A DNA stretch of 10,360 nt from Candidatus Brocadiia bacterium (GCA_046538485.1 JBKHIT010000102.1:1-10360), one strand, 5' to 3'; numbered from the stretch's first letter, positions 1-7,542 are shown. Numbers and translations are program-made. Notes: generated by a model from the sequence alone, not told the origin.

Positions 1-1
1 C

Positions 2-133
2 ACTCTGCAGCGACTGATCTCCCCCTGCTGCAACGCACTTTACCGAATGTTTACCGCGCTATCGGGGTCGGACCAACACAAGTCTTTCATAAGACACTTT
101 TTGCAACAAAAAAGGCTCCTGTATAGCGCTTAG
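2..133 (+). CDS. Possible 3' end of a gene running in from the left edge (…FLQQKRLLYSA*); could be an integrase tail
   Basis: Frame +2 is open from 2 to TAG at 131-133. It overlaps direct repeats and an att-like segment. No catalytic motif is visible. Confidence 0.2.
   Translation, partial: TLQRLISPCCNALYRMFTALSGSDQHKSFIRHFLQQKRLLYSA
39..56. repeat. Direct repeat TTTACCG x2 (11-bp period), resembling tyrosine-integrase arm-type sites
   Basis: TTTACCG at 39-45 and 50-56. Confidence 0.35.
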
Positions 134-136
134 AAC
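108..136 (-). mobile_element. Candidate att core: duplicated 3' end of a stable RNA gene (6S RNA/ssrS-like)
   Basis: The minus strand reads GTTCTAAGCGCTATACAGGAGCC followed by TTTTTT. From memory this resembles the closing strand of 6S RNA; not verified. No complementary 5' half is seen in the window. Confidence 0.3.
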
Positions 137-340
137 GGGGTTTTTGACCCCAAAATCGTCCGGCTACCGCGACTCACCCGGCAGCAGCATGCATTGACGG
201 ATTTGATTGATTCGTATGGAAAGTATAAAGAGCGGCTGAGCCGAGCGGAGAATCGCGATGAAAGCGAGTGAGAAAGAACGAATCCGAAATCTTCTCCTTC
301 CCCATCGGGATTCTCTCGTGCAACGAGGCTCGGTCCATTA

Positions 341-433
341 CCGAAAGAGGCTAACCTCCCCCGCTGCGCAGCGAAGATAAAGAAAATGCTCGATCAACTG
401 AAAACTGAGGGCTTTGCGAGTTTCATCCAGTAA
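341..433 (+). pseudogene. C-terminal remnant of an McrB-like AAA+ GTPase
   Basis: Frame +2 gives PKEANLPRCAAKIKKMLDQLKTEGFASFIQ*, matching the typical McrB-family tail (PRSxxKxxxMxxxLxxxGFxSF). TAA at 431-433 lies one base before the ATG of the DUF2357 gene. In-frame stops occur at 269-271 and 131-133, and no AAA core lies upstream. Confidence 0.7.
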
Positions 434-434
434 A

Positions 435-2039
435 ATGCGCATATACGAACATATCCCGGGTGTCGGTTGGGTGGGACTCTTGGGGGATCGTCCTGTCCTT
501 GAGGGTAATCGGAACTACCGCTTCACTTTCCGGAGCAAGAAAAAGGCCAGGTCAGCAGCAGAGGGGCTTCCAGCATCTGTGTGCACGCTTTCGCCATCAG
601 GTAATGAATTCAATTTGAATCCGGGCAATTTTGTGGGATCTGTGGACGTTGGTGGCCACCGTGTAGAAGTCCGGCACCACAGGAAGCTGGGGCAGCAAAG
701 CTTTGAGGCTATGCTCGACGACATCAATCAGGCAGCTGTGGGGCTGCCTTTCGATTTCAACCAGCCTACCTACTTGCCCTTTGATCGAACAAAACGCCTT
801 TCCGAGCCGGTCCTTTACCACAAGTTTGCATATCTCCGCTACGTGATGCTATCTCTGTCCCCCCATGATAAGCTGCAGGCGAGCCTCCGGCTCATCAATG
901 CCCGACCCCACCGCAAGCAGGTCAAGCAGTGGCAGGAAAGGGATGTCAATCTAGCCCACCGCGTGGAACCTCGAACCCTCCAGACAATCGCAAAACGACA
1001 GGCTGACCTAAGTGAGGTTCCGCCTGGCTCGCAATTGGGCTCGACGCTGCTAACCAAAAAATTGGGAGGGCGATTTCCCGAGAGAATAGAGACATGGGAA
1101 CCGGTTCACAGTTACGATACACCTGAGAACCGGTTCGTTAAACATTTTGCTGAAGGTGCGGTCCGCATCGTGGAGCGGTTCGGAGAACTGCTGGAGGAAG
1201 AACCCAGCAGATACCTGGATGCCAACCTCCGTGACGACTGCAGGAGGATGAAACGGGAACTGGAAAGGTTCTTGCGCGCTGAGTTCCTGCGAGATATCTC
1301 CCCAATGCGCCGACTCCCCGTTGACTCACCTGTTTTGAACAGTCACAGTGGCTACCGGGAAATCCTCAGGCACTTCTCCCGGCTCTCCCTCGCCACCAGT
1401 TATCCGATTGATCCCGAGGACCTGCGAGCCATCATCGAATCAAAAGACATCGCCACGCTGTATGAGTACTGGTGTTTTTTTCTGCTCGCCCAAATGCTTT
1501 CAGAGGTATTGGGGCCCCCGCAAAATGCCCAGTTCGCGAGGAGTGATGAGATGAGAAGGAACCTGGATGGTCGCTTGCGGTTGGAATGGCCTGGCGGTGC
1601 GAAACTTTGGTATCAAAAGCACTACGGTGCCCAAAAGGGTTCATATAGCGTATCCCTCCGCCCCGACTTTGTGCTGCGCTGGCAGGAGTGGGAATATGTT
1701 TTCGATGCCAAATTCAAAGTGGATCGGATCGGCAGCGGTGATGACGACGAGGCAGAGGACGATTACCGACAGGACGTCAAGAACGTCGACATCTTCAAGA
1801 TGCAGACATATCGGGATGCACTGCGGCGCGTAAAATTCGCTTGCGTCATGTATCCGGGGAACGAGACGGTCTTTTACGAGCTATTACCAAGGGGAGAAAC
1901 TACCTCAGGGCGGAAACACGCCAATTTCAGGACGCCGGGAGAATTACGCGGGGTCGGGGCAGTGCCGTGTCTTCCGGACCGCCAGAAAGATCCGGGGACG
2001 CAGTTGCGAAATCTGGTTGAGAATCTGATTCGTGATTGA
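435..2039 (+). CDS. DUF2357 + PD-(D/E)XK nuclease (McrC-like restriction subunit), about 534 aa
   Basis: Motifs SYDTPENRFVKHF (DUF2357), KDIATLYEYWCFF, SYSVSLRPDF…FDAKFK and DIFKMQTYRDAL…YPG (PDDEXK_7-like). ATG 435 is preferred over TTG 414 because it is coupled to the upstream stop. Confidence 0.9.
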   Translation: MRIYEHIPGVGWVGLLGDRPVLEGNRNYRFTFRSKKKARSAAEGLPASVCTLSPSGNEFNLNPGNFVGSVDVGGHRVEVRHHRKLGQQSFEAMLDDINQAAVGLPFDFNQPTYLPFDRTKRLSEPVLYHKFAYLRYVMLSLSPHDKLQASLRLINARPHRKQVKQWQERDVNLAHRVEPRTLQTIAKRQADLSEVPPGSQLGSTLLTKKLGGRFPERIETWEPVHSYDTPENRFVKHFAEGAVRIVERFGELLEEEPSRYLDANLRDDCRRMKRELERFLRAEFLRDISPMRRLPVDSPVLNSHSGYREILRHFSRLSLATSYPIDPEDLRAIIESKDIATLYEYWCFFLLAQMLSEVLGPPQNAQFARSDEMRRNLDGRLRLEWPGGAKLWYQKHYGAQKGSYSVSLRPDFVLRWQEWEYVFDAKFKVDRIGSGDDDEAEDDYRQDVKNVDIFKMQTYRDALRRVKFACVMYPGNETVFYELLPRGETTSGRKHANFRTPGELRGVGAVPCLPDRQKDPGTQLRNLVENLIRD

Positions 2040-2503
2040 GAAGTCCCGTGTGGAGATAATCGCGCAAGTGACGTGAAAGAAGGGCAGCCCCTTTGAGCAA
2101 CGACCAGACAGTGGTATCTATTCAGATCCCGGCCGGGCAATGATCGGCCGCGTCCATACCAACACCGAAAATTCCGTAGAGGACTTCCATAACCCCCTCG
2201 GTTATCCCTCTGGCCGCAATGGGGTCGGATCATAGTGCGCCGTGAAAAGGCGCAGAACTTCAGCAGGAGAATAGACCTGCCCGGTAACTGTTGCTCCAAC
2301 CGGTAGCGATCGGAGCCGTTTGTGGAGGTAACAGAGAAAACAAACGTCGATCTAACCCAGACGCGCCAGTCTTCGACTCTACAGCGGGGTAAAGGAACTG
2401 AAGGATAACCGAGATAAAAAGACTCAAGAAGAGAGTAGATGATACAGAAAAGGGCGCGAGGAACCACAAAACCCCAGCGGAACGGGAAGGGTACCTGCCG
2501 TGT

Positions 2504-2532
2504 TTGACAGAGTTGCCGGCGCGTTCTAAACT
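2504..2532 (+). promoter_or_regulatory. sigma70-type promoter
   Basis: TTGACA (2504-2509), 17-bp spacer, TAAACT (2527-2532). An additional TATAAT lies at 2544-2549. Confidence 0.7.
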
Positions 2533-2579
2533 TAACGTTGAGGTATAATAGGAGTCTTATGACGTAAAGGGGAAGTAGT

Positions 2580-2864
2580 ATGGGCATCGGCAAGTGGTGG
2601 AAGCTTTTCTCGTACAAGACAATTCGCGGGAAGCTCAATATCCTGACCGACATCATTTTTCACGGCTCGGGCCGTGTGGCTGCCATATTCGATGAGATCT
2701 TTCACATAATCATTGATGGCGGCTTCAGCTTTACCAAATTTGTAAAATATGGAAATATCTTCCGAATTTTCAAAGGGTGCGGATGTTTGGTTCTGCTGCT
2801 CGCTGCAGCTCTTGGCTCTGCCGGGACACTACTAACCTGTATCTTGGGGTTGCAGGCTACATAA
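2580..2864 (+). CDS. Small hypothetical protein (94 aa) with a C-terminal hydrophobic helix
   Basis: Upstream promoter, purine-rich RBS (AAAGGGGAAG) before the ATG, hydrophobic tail LVLLLAAALGSAGTLLTCILGL, and a downstream hairpin. Confidence 0.55.
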   Translation: MGIGKWWKLFSYKTIRGKLNILTDIIFHGSGRVAAIFDEIFHIIIDGGFSFTKFVKYGNIFRIFKGCGCLVLLLAAALGSAGTLLTCILGLQAT

Positions 2865-2931
2865 AATGACGCCTGCCGTTTATGCACCGTTTTTGTGGGA
2901 GCGGTAAATAAGCAGCGGTAATGAGGTCGAC

Positions 2932-2963
2932 CACAGCAAACGGTTGCTGGACCGTTTGCTGTG
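2932..2963. terminator. Perfect 13-bp inverted repeat (terminator-like or stabilising hairpin)
   Basis: CACAGCAAACGGT-tgctgg-ACCGTTTGCTGTG. There is no adjacent U-tract on the + strand. Confidence 0.45.
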
Positions 2964-3086
2964 ACAAAAAGGCCCTTCTGTATACTCCTTACATCCGTCT
3001 TCGAGGGGGCGCCCCCTAACCAATTGCTCACCACCGGTTACCCCCCAGAAAATCATCATCACGACCAGCCACTCACCGAAAATTTT

Positions 3087-3115
3087 TTGCGTGCGCGCGT
3101 TGCAGGCGTTAGGAT
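3087..3115 (+). promoter_or_regulatory. Putative sigma70 promoter for the 3181 gene
   Basis: TTGCGT (3087-3092), 17 bp, TAGGAT (3110-3115), with an A/T tract just upstream. Confidence 0.4.
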
Positions 3116-3180
3116 GTGGGGGAGATTTGTGTAGAGTAAGACTGGGAAAAACGTATCACGTCGCTGGATGGAGGTAAGCG

Positions 3181-4500
3181 ATGAAGGGACAATCTCAGAT
3201 ACTGTTTGCAACTTCGGTGTTTTTGGTATTACTCTGTGTCGCCCCTATCGGGGCGCAGGAGAAAACGGAAAAGAAACACGATTCCGTCAACAGATCCACC
3301 AGCGTTGCGCTTTATCAGACCGCGCTCGACCAGCATAAAAAAGGCAAAGACGATGCGGCCATGGATTTGTTGAAACAGGCTTTGAAGAATTGGCCGGGAA
3401 ATAAGAAAGCGACGTATCTGTTTGCCGAGATTGCTTACGATAAGGGCGATAAACAATCGGCTGCCAAACTGTATCGCTATTATCTGCAAATCACCAGTGA
3501 AGAGGAGAAAACTTCCAAGCGCGTTATGGCAGAGCTGCGTTTGAAGAAGCTCGAAAAAGAACAGGGGAAATTGGGCCAGATCAAAAAGATGGAGAAGGAA
3601 TTTCTGGAATCCGCCAGCAAGCTGCGGAAGAAATACGAACGGGCGGGGATGGAGGAAAAAGCAGCGGTTCTATCGAAATTGGAAAAGGCAATAAAGGAGC
3701 GAGAGCCCGCGAAGCAGAAGACAGCAGAAACGGAGACTGCTCAATCTCCCAAAGATCAATCTTCGTATCCACAGGGCAAAACTGTGAGTCTTCGTTTAGG
3801 TCCCGGGGTTTCGATGAAGCTCGTCCGAATCCCGGCGGGCACATTTGTGATGGGTAGCGAGGAGGGCCAGGCGGATGAGCAGCCACGTCACCGTGTGAAA
3901 ATAACGAAAAGCTTCTATATGGGCATGACAGAAGTCACTCAAGCACAGTGGGAGGCAATCATGGGAACGACTCCGTGGGAGGGAAAGAAACACACTCCCG
4001 ATTCAAAGAATGGGCCGGCAACATTTGTCTCCTGGAAAGACGCTATGATGTTCTGCAGGAAACTGAGCCGCAGAACTGGTAAAAAGTTCCGTTTGCCAAC
4101 GGAAGCCGAATGGGAATATGCATGCCGCGCTGGAACGCAAACGGCATACTCTTTTGGGGATGATCCTGAGCTGCTTGGAAAATACGGCTGGTTCGGGAAA
4201 AACAGTGACAGGAAGCCTCATGCCGTTGCGCAGAAAAAACCCAACCCGGCGGGTCTTTACGACATGCACGGAAACGTATGGGAACTGTGTCTCGACTATT
4301 ATGCGGAGGACTACTACAAGAATAGCCCTTCTGCAGATCCAAAAGGTCCGAAAGAAAAAGGAAAGCGTGTCAAGCGCGGTGGTTCCTGGCGGAAGGGGGC
4401 CTCCCTGTGCCGCTCAGCTTCGCGGTATTATTTCAATCGTGCTTACCCAGACAACTTCAGAACGGGGGGATTCCGAGTTGTTGTGACACAGAATGAGTGA
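3181..4500 (+). CDS. Exported TPR + FGE-sulfatase (SUMF1/EgtB/PvdO, CLec-fold) domain protein, 439 aa
   Basis: GGAGG RBS, signal peptide, two TPR-like helical pairs and a coiled coil. Domain motifs IPAGTFVMGS, EVTQAQW, RLPTEAEWEYACRAG, GLYDMHGNVWE, RGGSW and GFRVV. Confidence 0.92.
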   Translation: MKGQSQILFATSVFLVLLCVAPIGAQEKTEKKHDSVNRSTSVALYQTALDQHKKGKDDAAMDLLKQALKNWPGNKKATYLFAEIAYDKGDKQSAAKLYRYYLQITSEEEKTSKRVMAELRLKKLEKEQGKLGQIKKMEKEFLESASKLRKKYERAGMEEKAAVLSKLEKAIKEREPAKQKTAETETAQSPKDQSSYPQGKTVSLRLGPGVSMKLVRIPAGTFVMGSEEGQADEQPRHRVKITKSFYMGMTEVTQAQWEAIMGTTPWEGKKHTPDSKNGPATFVSWKDAMMFCRKLSRRTGKKFRLPTEAEWEYACRAGTQTAYSFGDDPELLGKYGWFGKNSDRKPHAVAQKKPNPAGLYDMHGNVWELCLDYYAEDYYKNSPSADPKGPKEKGKRVKRGGSWRKGASLCRSASRYYFNRAYPDNFRTGGFRVVVTQNE

Positions 4501-4550
4501 CGAGATAGAATATGCGAAAAGGATGCAGAGATATTGGTTAAAAACGTAGT

Positions 4551-5294
4551 TCAATCGCTCGACATGATCACCAGGTCCTTCATGTACATAGTGCAGCTTT
4601 TCGGCGACCAGATCCCGAAGTAAAATGGCCCATCTTCGCCTCCTATTTCAACGTCAGGGGGCGACGTTTTCCCGTTAGATGAGATCTTTACCTCTTTCCC
4701 CTTACCTTCTTTCTCAATCGTGATCGCGTGTTTTCCCGGTGTCAGTTTCACGAGCCTGCCAATTACCCGTCCCCTGCCGTAGGGCTTTTGCACGACACCA
4801 ATGTATTCGCCCCCACCTTTACTGATGATTTTGACCGTTATCTTGAAGCGCTTTCCCAACGTTTGCGGATAAATGGTGAGCGCATTCTCATCCTCAGTGG
4901 CCGTTTTTACGGCACCTCCTCCTGAAGGCTTAAGACCGTGAAGCCCACGTTTAAGAGTCCATCTGTGTTTCTCAGGCACGAGCGATTGCCATTTCTTCAG
5001 GGGGGTCTTTATCTGTTTCATCTCGGCGTCTTCTTCGTCAGCCTTGACCGCTTTTTCAGTTTCAAACGAATCGTGATCTTCTTCCGCCGTTCTTGCCGCC
5101 GTTGCCTCCTCATGTTCTTCTTTTTCAAGATCTTCCACGCGATCTTCGAGCTTGATGACTCGTGTTCGTAGTCTCGCAACTGCCATACGGAGGTCATCAA
5201 AATCTTTTTTGCTCACCGTAGTCGCTGCCCCAAAGATTGCCAGGCACAACGCAATCAGCACAAAAAGAGCGATATTTCTGCTGCGTTTCTTCAT
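4551..5294 (-). CDS. Exported or membrane-anchored hypothetical protein (247 aa): signal helix, coiled coil, beta-rich C-terminal domain (possibly ConA-like)
   Basis: GGGGAGG RBS before ATG at 5294; MKKRSRN followed by a hydrophobic helix; heptad segment; alternating beta-strand pattern in the last ~110 aa. Confidence 0.8.
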   Translation of the reverse strand: MKKRSRNIALFVLIALCLAIFGAATTVSKKDFDDLRMAVARLRTRVIKLEDRVEDLEKEEHEEATAARTAEEDHDSFETEKAVKADEEDAEMKQIKTPLKKWQSLVPEKHRWTLKRGLHGLKPSGGGAVKTATEDENALTIYPQTLGKRFKITVKIISKGGGEYIGVVQKPYGRGRVIGRLVKLTPGKHAITIEKEGKGKEVKISSNGKTSPPDVEIGGEDGPFYFGIWSPKSCTMYMKDLVIMSSD

Positions 5295-5343
5295 GTTGTT
5301 CCTCCCCAACGAATGAATATCGTTCGATGATCAGGTTAACAAA

Positions 5344-5451
5344 TAGAATTACGCCTGTCCAGAATGCCGTGCGCTGTGATGAGAAAGATGGAGCGAGTAC
5401 CCCTATGCTCTCGATCCCGGATTTCGTGTGGTTATATCGCTGTCCAAGTAG
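5344..5451 (+). pseudogene. Decayed 3' end of a third FGE-sulfatase/CLec gene
   Basis: Frame +1 reads *(tag)NYACPECRAL**ERWSEYPYALDPGFRVVISLSK*. The spacing W-x6-CR-x16-GFRVV is canonical if tag derives from tgg and tga from cga. Confidence 0.5.
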
Positions 5452-5626
5452 GTCCATAATCAATAGAGCCAGCCCGAGCCGGGAGAATACCGAGAAGCTG
5501 CGGGAGCTGGCGGCGGAGTAGTTCCGGATGCACGAGATGTTGCCGATGGAAAATCATCTCCGGTTGCAGTCCGTGGCTCTGGCATCATACATTTAATCGC
5601 GTGTCATTTTGTCGTGTGCTACGGGC

Positions 5627-5657
5627 TTGACAGGGTTGCATGGGCGGCGGGTAAAAT
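5627..5657 (+). promoter_or_regulatory. Putative sigma70 promoter for the 5701 gene
   Basis: TTGACA (5627-5632) and TAAAAT (5652-5657). The 19-bp spacer is long. Confidence 0.4.
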
Positions 5658-5700
5658 GAAATGGACAGTTTTCGCAATCTCAAGGGATAAGGAGCCAAAA

Positions 5701-6735
5701 ATGAGAAGGCAGACAATATCGTTGACAGTTCTGGCGGTTTTGATTGTGGCGGGGATAAGTCTGGGCGGCCAGAAGGCCAAAGATAAAGAGGCAGCGCCGG
5801 CCGACAAGAAATCTAAACGGAAATACAAAATCTATACCGAATGGCCTTTTGACGCTGAGGAAGCAAAAAGACGCCAGCAGGAGACGGCGAAATCTTTAGA
5901 CATCCCCGTGGTGAAAAAACTTGACCTTGATGATGGGGTGACGATGAAACTGGTGCTGATCCCGGCGGGGCAGTTCGAGATGGGGAGTAAATTCTCCCCC
6001 CAGGAAATAGAGAACAGATATGGAGGCGCCGCTGATTGGTATGATAGCGAACAACCGCAGCACACGGTCAAAATTACAAAGCCGTTCTACATGAGCGCCA
6101 CGGAGGTGACCATAGAGCAGTATCGCGCGTTCCTGCGTGATGGTGGAGACGATTCGGGCGTGGACTGGGACGAGGATGATTGTCCGATCCGAAAAAGCGG
6201 GACCTACCGTCTTTCCGGTAACAAGTTCGGGAAGAGCGATGATCAGCCGATGGCGGCGGTGAGCTGGCACGGGGCGGATAAGTTCTGCCAGTGGCTCTCG
6301 CGCAAAACCGGAAAGACCGTGCGTCTGCCGACCGAAGCGCAGTGGGAGTACGCGTGCCGGGCGGGAAGCACGACGGCGTATTGCTTTGGAGATAGCGAGA
6401 GACAGCTTGCAGAGTACGCGTGGTATGAAGATAACGCCGAAGATGCCGGGAAAGACTATCCTCAGCCGGTCGGCCGGAAAAAGCCCAACGATTGGGGTTT
6501 GTATGATATGCACGGGAACGTTTGGGATTGGTGTCGTGACTACTACGATCATGAGTACTACGAAAAGAGCCCAAAGACTGACCCAACCGGTCCCGAGAGC
6601 GGTGTCTTTCGCGTGTTGCGCGGCGGGTCCTGGAGCTACTATGCCAGGGTTTGTCGCTCAGCCCATCGCCTCTGGACCCACCCCACGGACACCAGGGGTT
6701 TTCGTGTTGTGTTGGTCGTGTCGTCTCCTCAGTAG
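5701..6735 (+). CDS. Exported FGE-sulfatase (CLec-fold) protein, 344 aa; candidate DGR target
   Basis: TAAGGAG RBS before ATG 5701, signal peptide and WPFDAEEAKRRQ motif. Domain motifs IPAGQFEMGS, RLPTEAQWEYACRAG, GLYDMHGNVWDW, RVLRGGSW and GFRVV. The FGE catalytic cysteine pair is absent. Confidence 0.92.
   Translation: MRRQTISLTVLAVLIVAGISLGGQKAKDKEAAPADKKSKRKYKIYTEWPFDAEEAKRRQQETAKSLDIPVVKKLDLDDGVTMKLVLIPAGQFEMGSKFSPQEIENRYGGAADWYDSEQPQHTVKITKPFYMSATEVTIEQYRAFLRDGGDDSGVDWDEDDCPIRKSGTYRLSGNKFGKSDDQPMAAVSWHGADKFCQWLSRKTGKTVRLPTEAQWEYACRAGSTTAYCFGDSERQLAEYAWYEDNAEDAGKDYPQPVGRKKPNDWGLYDMHGNVWDWCRDYYDHEYYEKSPKTDPTGPESGVFRVLRGGSWSYYARVCRSAHRLWTHPTDTRGFRVVLVVSSPQ
6610..6735 (+). other. Candidate DGR variable region (VR)
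   Basis: Non-conserved positions use NNC/NNT codons (agc tac tat, gtt, cat, ctc, acc cac, gac) while scaffold codons are almost free of A. Confidence 0.6.
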
Positions 6736-6916
6736 TTTCCGTCGTTGTTCTCTGATTTTCTGTGCTCTGTTCTCTGGGGTCGTTTGTCGTCGTTTACCGC
6801 CCGAAGAGCCGTCCAGGAATCCAGGGGCGGTCGTTTCATTCCAAGGGGACTCAAGATACCTCATTCGGTCAGCCATGCTTGGCATATCAGCGCCCTGGCC
6901 AATAGCAAAACCAGGT

Positions 6917-6936
6917 GGGCCGGGTTTTCCCGGCCC
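6917..6936 (-). terminator. Hairpin closing the minus-strand operon
   Basis: GGGCCGGG-TTTT-CCCGGCCC, a perfect 8-bp stem 5 nt past the stop at 6942 and between convergent genes. Confidence 0.6.
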
Positions 6937-6941
6937 TGCGA

Positions 6942-7337
6942 TCACTCACCATCGATGAGTTTCTGATTATTCTCCTCCAGTTCAGTCGCATTCCAATCCG
7001 TTTCAATAAAACCGTGACGCTCCATAATTTCCCATATTTCCTCGGGCTTCATATCTTCTTCGTCGGCTGATCGGCAGATCAAATAGACGACCACCAGCGG
7101 AACTGTCACCCCCGCCGCGACGGCAATAATACGTAGCGCACTGCTGGTGCGTCTGGCCGCCGTAGCATCCCTGTGAGCCCTCTCGGCCGCCTCTACCGCT
7201 CTCTCGGTCGTCCTGGCAAGCGCAGCGTTCGGATCTTCCGGTCGGAGTATTGCCGTAAGAAACCACAACATCGCCAGGCCCATGCAAGCAGCCACAAAAC
7301 AACCGGCAACCCTCCTTCGCCTGGCCTTATCGGCCAT
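6942..7337 (-). CDS. Membrane protein (131 aa): TM - Ala-rich coiled coil - TM - acidic tail
   Basis: AAGGAGG RBS before ATG 7337 (MADKARRRR…), two hydrophobic segments, and an 11-nt overlap with the upstream gene. Confidence 0.75.
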   Translation of the reverse strand: MADKARRRRVAGCFVAACMGLAMLWFLTAILRPEDPNAALARTTERAVEAAERAHRDATAARRTSSALRIIAVAAGVTVPLVVVYLICRSADEEDMKPEEIWEIMERHGFIETDWNATELEENNQKLIDGE

Positions 7338-7542
7338 CCTCAATCCTCCTTTCCAGTTTGTGTAGAAGCCGGGCCACGAGTCCCCGGACGGCGGGGATCT
7401 CAAAAAGAAGCCCCAGGAGCCCAAAAAGGCAGGCTCCCAGGGCACTCCAACGCATCACGGACACAAGAACGCCGGCGGCATCCAAAAACAGAACCGCACC
7501 GCCGCCGCTCAGTAGGATAAGTTTGCCTTTAAAGGAAAACAT
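7327..7542 (-). CDS. Small 2-TM membrane protein (71 aa), holin-like topology
   Basis: AAGGAG RBS, two hydrophobic stretches and a charged C-terminus. It overlaps both neighbours (14 and 11 nt). Confidence 0.7.
   Translation of the reverse strand: MFSFKGKLILLSGGGAVLFLDAAGVLVSVMRWSALGACLFGLLGLLFEIPAVRGLVARLLHKLERRIEDGR

Noticed and set aside
258..380. 40-aa ORF MKASEKERIRNLLLPH…
   Set aside because: It is short, overlaps the McrB stub out of frame and has no recognisable family. It may be a truncated gene start but this cannot be supported.
2177..2254. Small hairpins (ATAACC/GGTTAT; TGCGCC/GGCGCA) as a structured RNA
   Set aside because: The stems are only 6 bp, which is expected by chance, and there are no recognisable riboswitch motifs.
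1874..2656. 260-aa minus-strand ORF
   Set aside because: It overlaps the nuclease gene and a + strand promoter and gene, has unnatural composition, and shows no motifs.
4360..4500. 3' end of the first CLec gene as a DGR VR or TR
   Set aside because: Codons after GGSW (cgg aag ggg) cannot derive from AAY, the 3' flank is A-rich, and differences from the second gene are not confined to adenines.
5614..5700. Longer N-termini from the ORF track (starts at 5614, 414, 5309, 7445, 8528)
   Set aside because: Downstream ATGs have clear RBSs or translational coupling, and for the exported proteins they place the signal peptide at the N-terminus.
3181..6735. True formylglycine-generating enzyme activity
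   Set aside because: The catalytic Cys-x4-Cys segment after RGGS is absent in both proteins and there is no adjacent sulfatase.
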